A stretch of 64,000 nucleotides of DNA, taken from the NCBI RefSeq assembly GCF_963921235.1, contig NC_086118.1:9610001-9674000 (forward strand), given 5' to 3'. Below are positions 12,946 through 25,299 of this stretch, in pieces; the stretch's first letter is position 1, and each line of letters opens with the position of its first letter. A program made the position numbers and the translations under genes. This DNA comes from Mobula hypostoma (taxonomy: Eukaryota). The notes below the pieces were generated by a model that was not told the origin of the DNA, ran no database searches, and saw only the letters and a program-made list of their open reading frames with translations.

Positions 12946-13379
12946 GCAGAGCTTAAATTAAATTAAAAAACACTCCTTTAGCTCGGGTTAAATTAAAAAA
13001 CACTCCCTCTTGATGACTGGCAAGAATCTGGTCTTATGGTGAGTTGTCATATTCAGCATAGATGTGGCGTGCTCCACAGTGGTAGTCACTTCAGCCATTT
13101 TCCATTTCATCTGGGAATCCAAGATGGAGTGTGTCCAATAGACCACAATGCACCAGGGTAGGAGTGGATGGATAAGCATAATAAACGTTGCCATGATGGC
13201 CATCTTTGTGTGTTGCTTATCAAGCTGAGCATGGTAAGTGATTTGCAAATGTACTAAGGACTAAGGGTCTGGACTAATTGCCAAACTCCATTCAAATAAA
13301 CCTTGCTGCATCATGTGTACTTTATGAAGAAGTTATTTTGAGAAAACACCTTTGATCACAAGTCCATTAGCCACTGCTC

Positions 13380-14207
13380 AGCATAAAACATCTTGCAGAC
13401 TTTGCAGAAGGACATACAGACTGCCAGAATCATTTGGCGGAGTGCCTCAATGCCAGAACTCACCAACAAGCACCAAGGCCTTACTCTGTTGGTAGCGAGA
13501 GCAGCCCTCCACATTACATCCTTCCTAAATGGCCAGCATCTAATCCACAGCACATGCTGTGCTTCTGATTCTTATGACGAGAAAGAGCCAACCAACCAGC
13601 TCTCTGTGGACTGTGTATTTGCAAAGAAATCCTTGGAAATAATGCAAGGGTCTAGTCTCAGTTCACCCTGAGCACTGTGTAACAGAGGACATTCTCATTC
13701 ATGGGTCGTTTTCAGGTTCGAACAGCAACACAAACATCAAGCGCTGCTCAAAGATCACTAACTCGGTGGAAGACACCATTTTTCCATACACAAACACCAG
13801 AGATTCTGCAGCAGTTGCTGGAAATCCAGAGCAAGATCCAGTTCCTCCAGCAGCTTGTGTGTATTGGTCTCTCAGAGCAGCCTGATTCCTGGCTGAAGGA
13901 GCATGTGCTAAGGGACACACTGGAACTTGGTGCACCCAGTGAAAAGATTTATGGGGAATGATTGTAGTCTGAGGACTTGCTTTCACTGGATACTAAAGAG
14001 CTAAGCCTTTTGTATAAACCTCTCAAAACACCTGAAGTTCATATCACTCAAAGAGGCTAGGAGTGGCAACGCTGCCTGTAAAATCTAAAATGGAGAAACC
14101 TAATAACACTATAAGTATATAGTCTGAATGACATCATAATTATGAAGAAAGCCAGGCATTGATTTTCTACTTCTTATATATACTTTTTATGAATAAAAAT
14201 TATTTTT
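13380..14207 (+). mobile_element. L1/Tx1-clade LINE 3' end (zf-RVT region and 3' UTR)
   Basis: IWRSASMPELTNKHQGL..AAL..SFL, DCVFAKK and VLRDTLELGA resemble the Tx1 ORF2 C-terminus; ends ttttatgaataaaaa. Confidence 0.7.
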
Positions 14208-14649
14208 ACCGTAAGAAAATAGACAGAAAACATGGGTTGGTGTTGCTGACAGGATCCCAAAAGAGGTAATATAAGTCATGGTATAATCAGAAGTTGCAGA
14301 GGCATGTGATGAGGGTAAAGTACATTATTATGGGAAACTCAATTTTATTTATAGACTGGGTAAACCAAATTAACAGTAACAACATGGGGGAAAAATCATG
14401 TAATTTGAAGCCAGAATTATTCATCACTATCTCCCTAATCATAGATTAAATGGAGCACAACATAATAGGGTATATTTTGACTTATGTGAGAGCAATGTTT
14501 CTGGTGTCAGCTAATGATGTGAGGCACAGTACATTCAAGGACAATAGAAAAAGTTCACAAGGACAGAATGCATAAACTGAGCTCATAATTCTCAAGTTAA
14601 GGTAAAGTAATTAAAGTGGTTAAAATGACTGTAAGAATGAGTAGAAAAA

Positions 14650-15124
14650 CTGAAAGGGTTGACTATTTTCTAAATGGAGAGAAAATATGAAACTCTAAGG
14701 CACAAAGGGGCTTGGGAGTCCTTGTGCAGGATTCCCTAAAGGTTAATTTGCAGTTTGAGTCTGTGGTGAGGAAGGCAAATGTGATGTTAACATTCATTTC
14801 AAGAGGACTAGAATGTACTGTAAAAGCAAGAGTGTAATGTTGAGACTTTATAAAACACTGGTGAGGCCTCACTTAGAGTGTTGTGAACAGGTTTGGGCCG
14901 CTTGTCTTAGAAAGGATGTGCTGAAACCAAAGAGGGTTCAATGAAGGCTCACAAAAATGATTCCAGGATTGAATGGCTTGTCATGTGAAGAAGGTGACAA
15001 GCCTTTCTCTGGGCCTATATTCACTAGAATTCAGAAGAATGAGGGGTTATCTCATTGAAACCTATTGAATAGTGAAAGGCCTTGATAGAGTGGACGTGGA
15101 AAGTATGTTTCCACTGGGGGAACT
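14650..15124 (+). mobile_element. CR1 LINE RT C-terminal fragment
   Basis: ttgagactttataaaacactggtgaggcctcacttagag (LRLYKTLVRPHLE); truncated at the Gypsy LTR. Confidence 0.85.
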
Positions 15125-15331
15125 TGTTTTGAAATGGTAAGCTCAGTTAATGTGGTTTGACACCTGTCAGGTACAATGATGATGGGACAGAATAACACAT
15201 GACATGAGGGAGCAGGGAAGCGAGAATGAGAAATAAAGACACTTTCAGAGCATGAAGTGTCGAGTCATGATATATGCACTATCTAATTAAGCACCAAGAT
15301 ATGCTGCAAATACATAACAGTGACAACGAGG
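15125..15331 (+). repeat. Putative 5' LTR (15125-15319) and primer-binding-site-like motif of a Gypsy element
   Basis: TG...CA boundaries and an internal AATAAA (15232-15237). Followed by gtgacaacgagg, which resembles the TGGCGACGAG PBS, then gag. No 3' LTR found. Confidence 0.6.
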
Positions 15332-17340
15332 GTATAGGCTTCGAAAGTAAGTTTATCGTTAGTTATGAGAATGGGGAAATCCGGGATTCAACACTTCTGA
15401 TGTTTTTTAGAGCCAGCACACCAGTTCCGAGATGGACATGGTGGCTCAACTCATTTGAATTTTATGCTGACAGTAATGGACTGATAGTGGACAATTACGC
15501 AATTGATTATACAAAACAACAAAGGAGAGCACTACTTTTGCAGCTTGCAGGACCAGGTTTGCAGGATATGTTCTCAACACTACCAGACACGGGACAAATC
15601 ACAGACTCTGCAGCAGCGGTGGATGCTCTGAATGCTTACTTCGTTCCCCAGATCAACACTACGTTTGCCCGGCAGCATTTTCATCGGCTTGCCCCAAAAC
15701 AAGGTGAGATAGTTCAACAGTTCTCTACTCGCCTTCAGCAGGCCGCAGAAGTCTGTAATTTTCTAATTGACACAGACAACTAAATCAGGGATGCCATAGT
15801 GGGAACATGTAACTCAGTTTATATGCAGAGAAAGCTACTGGAGAATATGCAGGGTCAAACACTTGCCCGCACACTGGAAGTAGCAGCACAATATGAAAAG
15901 ATAGAGGAACAATTGTCAGCCATGTCACCCCAAGGGACTCAGCCGGAGACTGTGTGCCATGTTTCACACCACGAGGACACAACACATGGTAAATAGACAG
16001 GAGTGAAGATAGTCTACTAATACAAATGAAAGGAAATGCTACAGATGTGGAAACGCAGATCACCTGGGTAGAGACCCAAAGTGCCCAGCTTATGGACAGA
16101 CGTGCAGAAAATGCAGTGGAATAGACCACTTAGCAAAACTATGCCGGACAAAAGGATTTAGGACACAAGAAGTGAACAATGCTGAGGATGGACAGAAGGA
16201 ATTTGCATTCCTTGTTAATGAGACAGAGTCATCTGGTAAAAGTACTTTTTGTGTAAGGGGTGTAAATCTGTGCCATGTTAGTAGATTCAGGAGCCAGAAG
16301 TAATATGTTGGGTGAAAATGTGTGGGGGAAAAGCTTGTCAGACAAGATAAAGTACCATTCATATACTCCTAAGCAGAAGAGAAAGCTGTCCCATGTTCAT
16401 CTAGCACATCACTGGAGGTTAAGGGGGTGTTTGAATGCAAACTACGTATTTGAAACAGAACAGACTAGGCAGACCTTATTGTGATAAAAGGCAATGTTGA
16501 ATCACTCCTAGGTAGAGAAACAGCTACAAAACCGGGTGAAGAAAATGTCAATAGTAACAGACATTAAAAAGTCACTTAAGCTGCAGTACCAAAAGTGTTT
16601 GAAGGGGCAGGAAAGCTGAACAACAAGCAAATCAGTCTGTACATTGATCCAAAGGCAAAGCCTGTGGCCCAGTCACTCAAACACATACCTTACAACTTCA
16701 GGGAGGCTGTTGAGAAAAAAAAGAACAGCTAATGAAAATGGACATTATAGAGAAAGTTTTGGTAAAATTACTACCGGGTTAATCACAGGAATCGGGCCTT
16801 CAACCCGCTAGTAATTTTACCAAAACCCAACAAGGACATCAGAATGTGCCTAGATGTGAGAACGGCAAATGAAGTAATTGTGAGAGATATCCCATTCCAA
16901 CTGTGGATGAGATACTACAGGGTATGAATGGAGCTGTGGTGTTTGGCAAACTAGACTTGAAATGGGGCTATCACCAGCTAGAACTAACTCCAGAATCTAG
17001 AGAGGTAACCACATTTACTGTGCATAATGGGGTGTATAGGTACGAGGGACTGATGTTTGGTGTGTCGTCAGCCAGTGAGCAGTACCAGCATGAGATAGCA
17101 AATGCTTTAGCTGGAATTGAAGGAGTTGAGATCATTGCAGACCCACTGTCAAGGTCACTGGGAGAGACCGCTCAAGAAGAGAGAGACAAGCATGATTCAG
17201 AGGAATAGGCCAGGTTCATTACTGTGTGTGGTACACCTAAAGCCCTGACAACATGAGAAGAGGAGAGAGCATCAACCACAGATCCAGAGCTGCAGGGAGA
17301 TGAAATCATGCGTGACTTTATTGGTAGAGTAGATTCCATG
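15332..17340 (+). pseudogene. Ty3/Gypsy gag-pol relic with internal deletion
   Basis: Gag (RWTWWLNSFEFY, RRALLLQLAG), zinc knuckles (CPAYGQTCRKCSGIDHLAKLC), protease LVDSGA, RT KLDLKWGYHQLEL..LMFGVSSASE, then IADPLSR. Confidence 0.92.
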
Positions 17341-17667
17341 AATTGAAGGGGCCAGTGCTACTGTGGTCTCATGCTCCTTTTCAGAAGGGTATTCTATTTG
17401 TCTGAAAACTGCCCAGTCCAATGCTTCAAAACCCCCTTCAGGAATAAAGCTTTTTAAAATAAATAGCATGATGTAAGTGGTTGATTCAAAGCAGATGTGA
17501 TCTCTTTTGTGAAACGCAGCCTGTTAGCAAGCTGACACCAGTGACATTGCTTTCATACAGTGAGTCAGAATATGCTCTATTACGTTGTGCTCTACTTAAA
17601 CCATCATCAAGGTTGCTAAAGTTATTGGACTAACAATCTGCAGGGCCGGATTAAATCCGCTGGCCGA

Positions 17668-18200
17668 GATCAAAGTAAATTTATTACATGTCACCATATA
17701 CAACCCCGAGATTAATTTTCTTGTGGACATTCGCTGTAAATAAAAAGAAGTAAGAACAATAATAATAAAATTCCTGCCACTCTCTGTAAGGAGTTTGTAC
17801 ATTGTCCCCATGACTGCATGGGTTTCCTCCAGCTACTCTGGTTTCTTCCCACAGTCCAAAGACATACCACTTGGCAGGTTAATAGGTCATCGTAAATTGT
17901 CCCATGTTTAGGTTAGGGTTAAATCATGGGCTGCTGGGTGGCGTGGCTTGAAGGGTCAAAGGGCCTATTCTGTGCTGTATCTCAATAAATATATAAGCAA
18001 TAAATACTGAGAACATGAGATGAAGAGTCCTTGAAAGTGAATGCATAGGTTGTGGGAACAGTTCAATGTTAGGATGAATAAAGTTGAGTGAAGTTATCCC
18101 CTCTAGTTCAAAAGCCAGATGATTGAGGGGTAATAACTGTTCCTGAACCTGGAGGTGTGGGCCCTGAGGCTCCTGTACCTTCTCCTTGATGGCAGCAAAT
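17668..18200 (-). mobile_element. Rex1/Babar-like LINE 3' end with a + strand V-SINE nested at about 17770-17995
   Basis: caaagtaaatttatta tail; aactgttcctgaacctggaggtgtgg (antisense T.RFRNS); V-domain core inside. Confidence 0.75.
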
Positions 18201-18954
18201 TTTAAAAATACTTAGTATTACTATTGAGTACAATACAGCCAAATTGCCAGATCCTTATACAAAGTTATTTGGCTCCACAGTTCCTTTCAAGTGAGAAAGT
18301 TTGTTATCGCATATGTGACTCCAAATCCACCAACATGGTTTACTCTTAACTGTCCTCTAAAATGGCCTTGCAACCTACTCAGTTCAAGAAAGGAAAGAGC
18401 AGTAACTGCTGGTCTTACCAATGATGCCTTGTTCATGAAAGATGAAGAGGTTTTTTTTTAACAAGCTGCTGTATGAAAGATGCTATGTGATGGAACATTA
18501 CAGTTGATTAAGGATCAATATTTTTGTTAGTTGCAAAAAATCTTAGAATGCTTTAAAAGATGCCATAAGAATGCAAGGCCTTCTAATATCGAGATACCTT
18601 CACTAGGTTGTGTAATAGTGAAAAAAAAGATATGAACCAAATACAATTAATCAAAACCACAGAGGATGAATAACAAATGTGTCAAACAATGAATTTATGG
18701 CAATATCCAGTTACTGTGGCTTTGTATTTTCTTTTTGACGTATCCTTTAAACTCTCTGGCAGTTGCTCAGCATCCTCAAAGAAAGCAAACTCTTAGGCAA
18801 TTGAGTGCTGTATAAAATGTCCTACTTTTTTTTCTAATTATAGTATACAGTAGGTATCCAATTCAAGCATTATAATACTGGCAACTGCACAGCTTTCTTG
18901 TTTAATGTCAAAAGTAACTCCACCGATGACTCACAGGTACGCTTGACCTGATTT

Positions 18955-19062
18955 CTCCAGTCCTGCGGAAGGGTTTCAGCCTGAAACGTTGACTGTACTG
19001 TACTTTTTTCCATAAATGCTGCCTGGCCTGCTGGGTTCCTCCAGCATTTTCTGTGTGTTGCC
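18955..19062 (+). mobile_element. Penelope-like terminal fragment with mutated hammerhead core
   Basis: cagtc ctgcgga agggtttcagcct gaaa cgtt gactg, followed by atgctgcctggcctgctg..cctccagcatttt..gtgtgttgc. Confidence 0.75.
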
Positions 19063-19819
19063 CTTCATAACGATGTGTCTATCTAAAACCCTGAAACTCC
19101 ACCAGGCCGCCTTATTCCACTACCGTCCCTGACTCTGATCACTCTGTGTAAAAAATTACCACTTATGTCAACTTTAAACGGCCCTCATTCTCCAAGCTTA
19201 GAAATAAATGCTCTCATTTGACATTTCTACCCTGAGGAAAAGGTTCTGATTGTCTACCTTATCCACGCCTCCCGTAATTGAAAGAAAAAAACTTTATCTG
19301 GTCTCCACTTAGCCTCTGCTGCTTTAGGAAGTACAAACCATGTTTGTCCAACCTTTGCTTATAGCTTCGGCACCAGGCAGCATACTGGTAAACCTCTTAA
19401 ACACCCTCTCCAAAGCCTCTATTCCTTTCCTATAATGGGGCAACCAGAATGGCACTGAATACACCAAGTGCTGTCTGCCTCAAGTTTTACACAACATGGC
19501 TTTGTTACTCTTATATTCAACACCTTTACCAGTGAAGGCAACCATATCTTATACCTTCTTTATCCAGCTGAACCACTTTCAGTAAACTATTGTCCTGGAC
19601 CCAAAGATCCCTCTGCACCTCAATGCTATTAAGGAGTCTGTCACTAACTGTATACTTTCTCCTCCCAAAGTGCAACATCTCACACTTGCCCAAATTAAAC
19701 TCCACCTGCAAGTTCCCTGTCTATATCTGTAACTGAAGTATATCCTACTGTGTTCTTTCATAGTCTTTCCACAACTTCACCAATCTTGGTGTTGTCCACA
19801 ATCCTGCTAATCCACCCAT

Positions 19820-20490
19820 TCTTCCAAGTGAGGCAACACTTCACTTGTGAGTCTGTTGGGGTCATCTATTGTATCCGGTGATCCCGGTGCGGCCCCCTCT
19901 ACATCAGTGAGACCCAACGCATATTGGGGAACCACTTCGTCGAGCACCTCCGCTCCAACCGCCACAACAGACAGGATCTCCTGGTTGCGACCCACTTCAA
20001 CTCTGCTTCACATTCCCATTCAGATATGTCCATACATGGCTTCTTGTACTGCCATGATGAGGCCAAACTCAGGTTGGAGGAGCAACACCTCATATACCAT
20101 CTAGGTAGTCTCCAGCCCCTTGGCATGAACATTGAATTCTCCAACTTCCGGTAATTCCCTCCCCCTCCCTTCCCCCATCCCAGTTTCACTCTGCCTGCTC
20201 CTCCAGCTATCTATCAACTCCCTCATGGTTCCGCCTCCTTCTACTACCCATTGTGCTTCCCCCTCTTCCTTCTTTACCTTTCCTGCCTATCCCCTCCCTG
20301 CTTCCCCACCTCCACCCCTACCCCTTGATCTTTCCCATTACTAGTTTCTCACCTCAAACCTACCAGCCTTCTCCTTCCCACCCTCCCCCCACCTCTTCAG
20401 TCCTGATGAAGGGTCTCGGCCCGAAACATTGACTGTTCATTTCCACGGATGCTGCCTGACCTGCTGAGTTCCTCCAGCATGTTTTGCGTG
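19820..20490 (+). mobile_element. Penelope-like element: GIY-YIG endonuclease, 3' UTR and hammerhead-like motif
   Basis: FTCESVGVIYCI..YISET..LGNHFVEHL..VATHFN..LEEQHLIYHLGSLQPLGMNIEF. 11-bp TSD aatccacccat at 19809-19819 and 20491-20501. Confidence 0.92.
20398..20435 (+). ncRNA. Minimal hammerhead ribozyme-like motif
   Basis: cagtc CTGATGA agggtctcggccc GAAA catt gactg. Stems I and II are intact; the ACGU palindrome is altered. Confidence 0.65.
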
Positions 20491-21540
20491 AATCCACCCA
20501 TCTACATTTTCATTCAAATCACAAACAAAGATCCCAGAACCAATCCCTGTGGAACTCCCAAACTTTGTCTTCTATGCGTAAGCCAGTTCAAACTCCAAAC
20601 AACAATTCACCCTGCATCTCATGCACCTTTATTTTCTGAGTCAACCTACCATGCCTTAATATAGTCTATGTAGATAACATCCACTGCTTTACTCTCATCG
20701 AACTCCTTTCTCACCTCCTCAAAAAAATCCATCAACTTTTGTAAGGCATGGCTTGCTCCTCAAAACCTTGTTAACTTTCGCTAAACAGGCAAGGCATTTC
20801 CAAATGTGCATAAATCCTATCCTTCAGTACCTTTTCCTTCCACTGATGTGAGGTTCACTAGTTTATAATCATCTGGATTATCTCCACTTCCTTCCTTGAA
20901 CAAAAGCACACAATTTTTTCAACTCCTTAGTTATCCACTTTTTCGTAAGACAAGTATATGATACCTTGGAATTCTCCTTCATCCTGCGCACCAATGCCTT
21001 GCTAATCACTTGCTTCACCAGTTTCCTGCTGCCTTTATATTCCACAAGGGTCCAATCTGATTAAAGTTCTCTAAACTTTACACTCACTTCCTGTTTCTCC
21101 TTGACTAGAATCTCTCAGGCCATTGTTGTCCTTAGAAATATAGAGGGCTATGTGCTGGAGAAATTCTAGGCAGTTTCCAGAGTAGGTACATGGTCAGCAC
21201 AACATTGTGGGCCGAAGGGCCTGTAATGCGCTGTAGATTTCTATGTTCTATGTTCCTTACTGTTCGCCAGAAAATGCTGGTGCTGAACGATCAGCTAGTT
21301 TTTAAACAACTACTATATATCAAACATGATATATAGTAGTTGAATGATAGCAGCTGCAGACAATCAACGCCCTTTAGCTCCTGTCTTATACTGTTATAGT
21401 TTCCCTCCTCAAATTTAGTAACTTAATGCTTAGGTGACTGCTTGAGATTCTGGCTTGCTTCCCATCCAAGTTTTGGTATAGAAGTTGCCTGTGCATGATT
21501 TATTTTAACATGAAGTAGAAGTTGTATACCAGCTGCCTTT

Positions 21541-21990
21541 CAAAGTTCAAAGTAAATTTTATTATCAATGTCACCTTATAGACCCCTAAGATTCGCTCTC
21601 CTGCAGGCATACTCAGCAAATCTATCAATTATCAATTAACTATAACAGGGTCAATGAAAGTTCAATCAATGTGCAGAGGACAACAAACTGTGCAAATGTA
21701 AATATAAATAAATAGCAAAAAATAATGAGAACATGAGATAATAAGATAAAGAGCCCGTAAAGTGAGATCACTGGTTGTAGGAACATCTCAATGATGGGGC
21801 AAGTGACTGTAGTTATTCCCTTTTATTCAAGAGCCTGATAGTTAATGGGTAGCCACTGTTCTTGAACACCATTGTGCAGGTCCTAAGGCTCTTGCATCTT
21901 CTCTCAGCTGGCAGCAGTGAGAAGGTGATGGGGATCTCTGATGTTGATGGATGTTGCTTTCCTGCAATAGTATTTCATATAGATTCAGCT
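21541..21990 (-). mobile_element. Rex1/Babar-like LINE 3' end
   Basis: caaagttcaaagtaaat tail; same UTR as the 22778 and 27355 copies. Confidence 0.7.
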
Positions 21991-22777
21991 TGGTTTTGAG
22001 GCCTTGGGCCAGAAGATGACTGTGGAAATCAGACTGTGTGGCATGGATGTACCCCTCAACATACTCTAGATTAGGTTTTTACAGTGTAGTCTTTAACATA
22101 ATGCGGAAAACAGGACAGTTATTAATGCACAGCAGATTCTTACTAGCCATAATGTTATAATGATTAGAGGTGTTTATTGCTGTTATTTGTCAAGTGATTA
22201 ATAATGGATAGGTCCCTAGGAGACTAGCTTTTCGTTTTGGAAGTGTGCACAGGATTCTTGGCATCCGCCTGAAAATTTTTTATCTCTCCTGAAACAGTAA
22301 GTTCTCTAAGATCGCAGCTCCCTCTCAGAAATGCATTCGTGTAGGCTTAAGAGTACAGGCTCAAACCCTAAAATAGTTTTGAATCAAGCTTGCTGCAAAG
22401 AGAAGGCATTTCTTTGACTTATCAGTATCTATCACATGTGCATTCAGATCTCAGAATTAGTTTCTATCTGAGAAATAAATAGCAAAAGATAACTGGATGA
22501 AAGCTATTTTCCAGAGATCTTATCTAAAAATGACCGCTTGTCAATTGATTGCTGAAGAATAGGGAACACTTAGAAGATAGGTTTCAGTTCATCAGTGGCT
22601 GGCATAACAATGGGCAAAGCAATGTTTAAATGTATCATTCAGAGGCTGGTACATAATTGGGTAGAGGAGATTTGTAGGTAATGATGCAATGGAACAAATG
22701 ATTGAAACATGGGTCCAGTAAGCGAGGAGAGGCTAAGTACACTGTTGTGCATCAGAAAAGCCCTGGCTATATGGCAT

Positions 22778-23240
22778 AAAGTTCAAAGTAAATCTACGAT
22801 CAGAGTACATATATGTCACCACATCGTTGTTCCTCTCCACGGCCTGCGGCACATCGAGTGGCAACCTTGCCATTTCTTTACCAATTGTCTGTTTTTTACC
22901 AGGCTGAGTTGCTAGCTCAGCTCTCAACCCAGCATGAATGGAAAGCGCGCGTGCACGGAGCTGGCCAGGTTCAAAACTGGGAACACTCGCCTCGAAGTCC
23001 GTTGCAGATGCCACTACACCACCGGCCAGCTAATATCACCACGCACAACCCTGAGATTCATTTTCCTGTGGGCATACTCAGCAAATCTACAGAATAGTAA
23101 CTATTACAGAATCAATGAAGGATTGAGTGCAAGAAGACAACAAACTGTGAAATAGCAAGATAAAGTGTCTTAAAATGAGATTATTGGTTGCAGGAACATC
23201 TAAGTGGATGAGCAAGTGAATGTAGTTATTCCACTTTGTG
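22778..23240 (-). mobile_element. Rex1/Babar-like LINE 3' UTR hosting a SINE
   Basis: Homologous to 21541-21990. Confidence 0.7.
22823..23032 (-). mobile_element. tRNA-derived SINE
   Basis: Minus strand starts gctggccggTGGTGTAGTGG (A box) followed by gttttgaacc (B-box-like). TSD at(g/a)tcaccac at 22813-22822 and 23033-23042. CpG-rich. Confidence 0.75.
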
Positions 23241-23867
23241 ATTTAAGGAGATTGGGGTCAGAGGGAGCAAACACCAAAGCTTGCTTTACTGCAAGAGGAT
23301 CTGAAGAACAAGATCTCAAACTTCATTGCAGCTGACCATTTGAGCTTGTCCTTTTTAACTGCTTCCAATTCAGGCATCAAGTCTCTAATTAAGGTCTGCT
23401 TTGTACTGAATAGCCCTTACTGTTGACCTTAGTATATATGTAAGCACATGCCCAAAAGAATCAGAATGAATTTCTAGATTAATACGCAGTGTCTGATGGT
23501 GTGTAGAATTTGGATTTAATTCATTCTCAGAGTGTGTGAAACATTATGCTTTGCAAAAGAATGTCTACTTCAACTCTCAAGAGTTCCATGAAATCCAAGT
23601 TCAAAATTCTGATTTGGCACTTTGTACTTAATTGCCTCAATCTGCACTTTGCTTTTATATATAAAAAGATTGTGCAAACTTTTCCAGAGAGTGATGTCAC
23701 AGCCTGAACAAACATGGCTGGGAATCAACCTGTGACTTCATTCATCAAGTAGCCCATTGAGAACTCAGGCAGCTTATCTGTTTGGGTTATACTGTGATTA
23801 CATTGTTCATAAGGAATCCATTGTTAGTTTGCCCATGTAAACATTCGCTGTCAGGTTGAAAACTAAC

Positions 23868-24022
23868 CCCCCCCCCACCCCCCATCATTTCATTCTGGGA
23901 TCCTCCTCTTTCCTTTCCAGCCCTGATGAAGTCTCGGTCTGAGATGTCAACTGTTTACTTTCATAGATGCTGCCTGACCTGCTGAGTTTCCCTAGCATTT
24001 TGTGTATGTTGCTCTGGAAATT
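23868..24022 (+). mobile_element. Penelope-like terminal fragment with degenerate hammerhead motif
   Basis: ccCTGATGAagtctcggtctGAGAtgtcaactg, then atgctgcctgacctgctgagtt. Confidence 0.7.
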
Positions 24023-24211
24023 TCTTAGCCAGGTAGGTAAGAAAGATGATAAAACCCAAGCAGTTATAAAAATAACATGATCAAATTTGACCCTCAATCA
24101 AAATAATTATATGAGCACTCCAGCAGCAACTCAGCACTGTTCTGTTTAGAACTGAGCTGTACAACACACTTGGCTTGAAATTTACTGATCTCGATGAGAG
24201 GCAGTGCTAGT

Positions 24212-24557
24212 TCAGCCCTTTTCTCACTGTTACCATCAGGCAGGAGATACGGAAGCCTGAAGGCACACGCTCAGCGACTCAGGAACAGCTTCTTCCCCTC
24301 AGCCATCCGATTCCTAAATGGACATTAAAGCTTTGGACACCACCTCACTTTTTTAATATACAGTATTTCTGTTTTTGCACATTTTAAAAAAAATTTATTC
24401 AATATACGTAATTGATTTACTTGTTTATTTATTATGTTTTACTTTATTATTTTTTTTCTCTCTCTCTCTGCTAGATTATGTATTGCATTGAACTGCTGCT
24501 GCTAAGTTAACAAATTTCACGTGACATGCTGGTGATAATAAACCTGATTCTGATTCT
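24212..24557 (+). mobile_element. Rex1/Babar-like LINE 3' end
   Basis: LPSGRRYGSL..RLRNSFFP; ctgatt tail. Confidence 0.85.
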
Positions 24558-25299
24558 GGTCAAGATGGTCTGAGATGTATTAGTGTCACACATTCAATAT
24601 ATTAAAATATGTAAAAATATATCACAGTAACATCGTGGAGCAAAATACGATGTAACTAAATTGACATTTTTGATCACTTTTCTCCCCTGGCATCAATTAG
24701 AAAGTTGAACATGAATGTTCTGTTAAGGCATTGAGGCTGCCATTTGCTTCTGTGGGTAATCCATATGTGTGCTGGATCTTTGGACCAGCAGATAGTTTCA
24801 TTCCATTTCAGGAACGCAGTTAGCTGTGATAATCTCTGTAATCAGGTACTACACTGAAACTCATTGGCTCCATTCAAACATAACAGAATGACCAGCTACA
24901 AACACATCAGCTGTGACCTTATCAAATGGTAGAGACTTGAGGGGCCAAAAGCATACTCCTGATCCTAATTCATATATTTACACACAGTAATACTCTGGGA
25001 TTTGGTAAAAATGCTGAAACTGATTTCTGATTGTTGGTAACCCGAAGTGTGATGATGCAGCCTGAAATGTTTCTCACTCCACAGATGCTTCCTGCTCTGA
25101 GTGACCCTAGCATTTTGTTTTCTTTTCAAATTTTTAGCATCTGTGGTTCTGTTCTTTTCAATTGCCTTTCAAAATCAGCTTCTGTTTTTCTTAAAATATT
25201 CTTGCTGTTTCTATCAAGAAATCTGTTGTGTTTTTTGAGCTGTTGCTCTGCTTGCCAACATTACATTCCAGAAATAATGTGTAGGTGGTTTTTGCTCCC

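Larger units (their letters stand above)
19065..21420 (-). mobile_element. CR1 LINE RT region, interrupted by a Penelope-like insertion and a + strand CR1 tail (21130-21255)
   Basis: QVEFNLGKCEMLHFGR and antisense GVPQG.VLG (atcccagaaccaatccctgtggaactcc). Confidence 0.8.
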
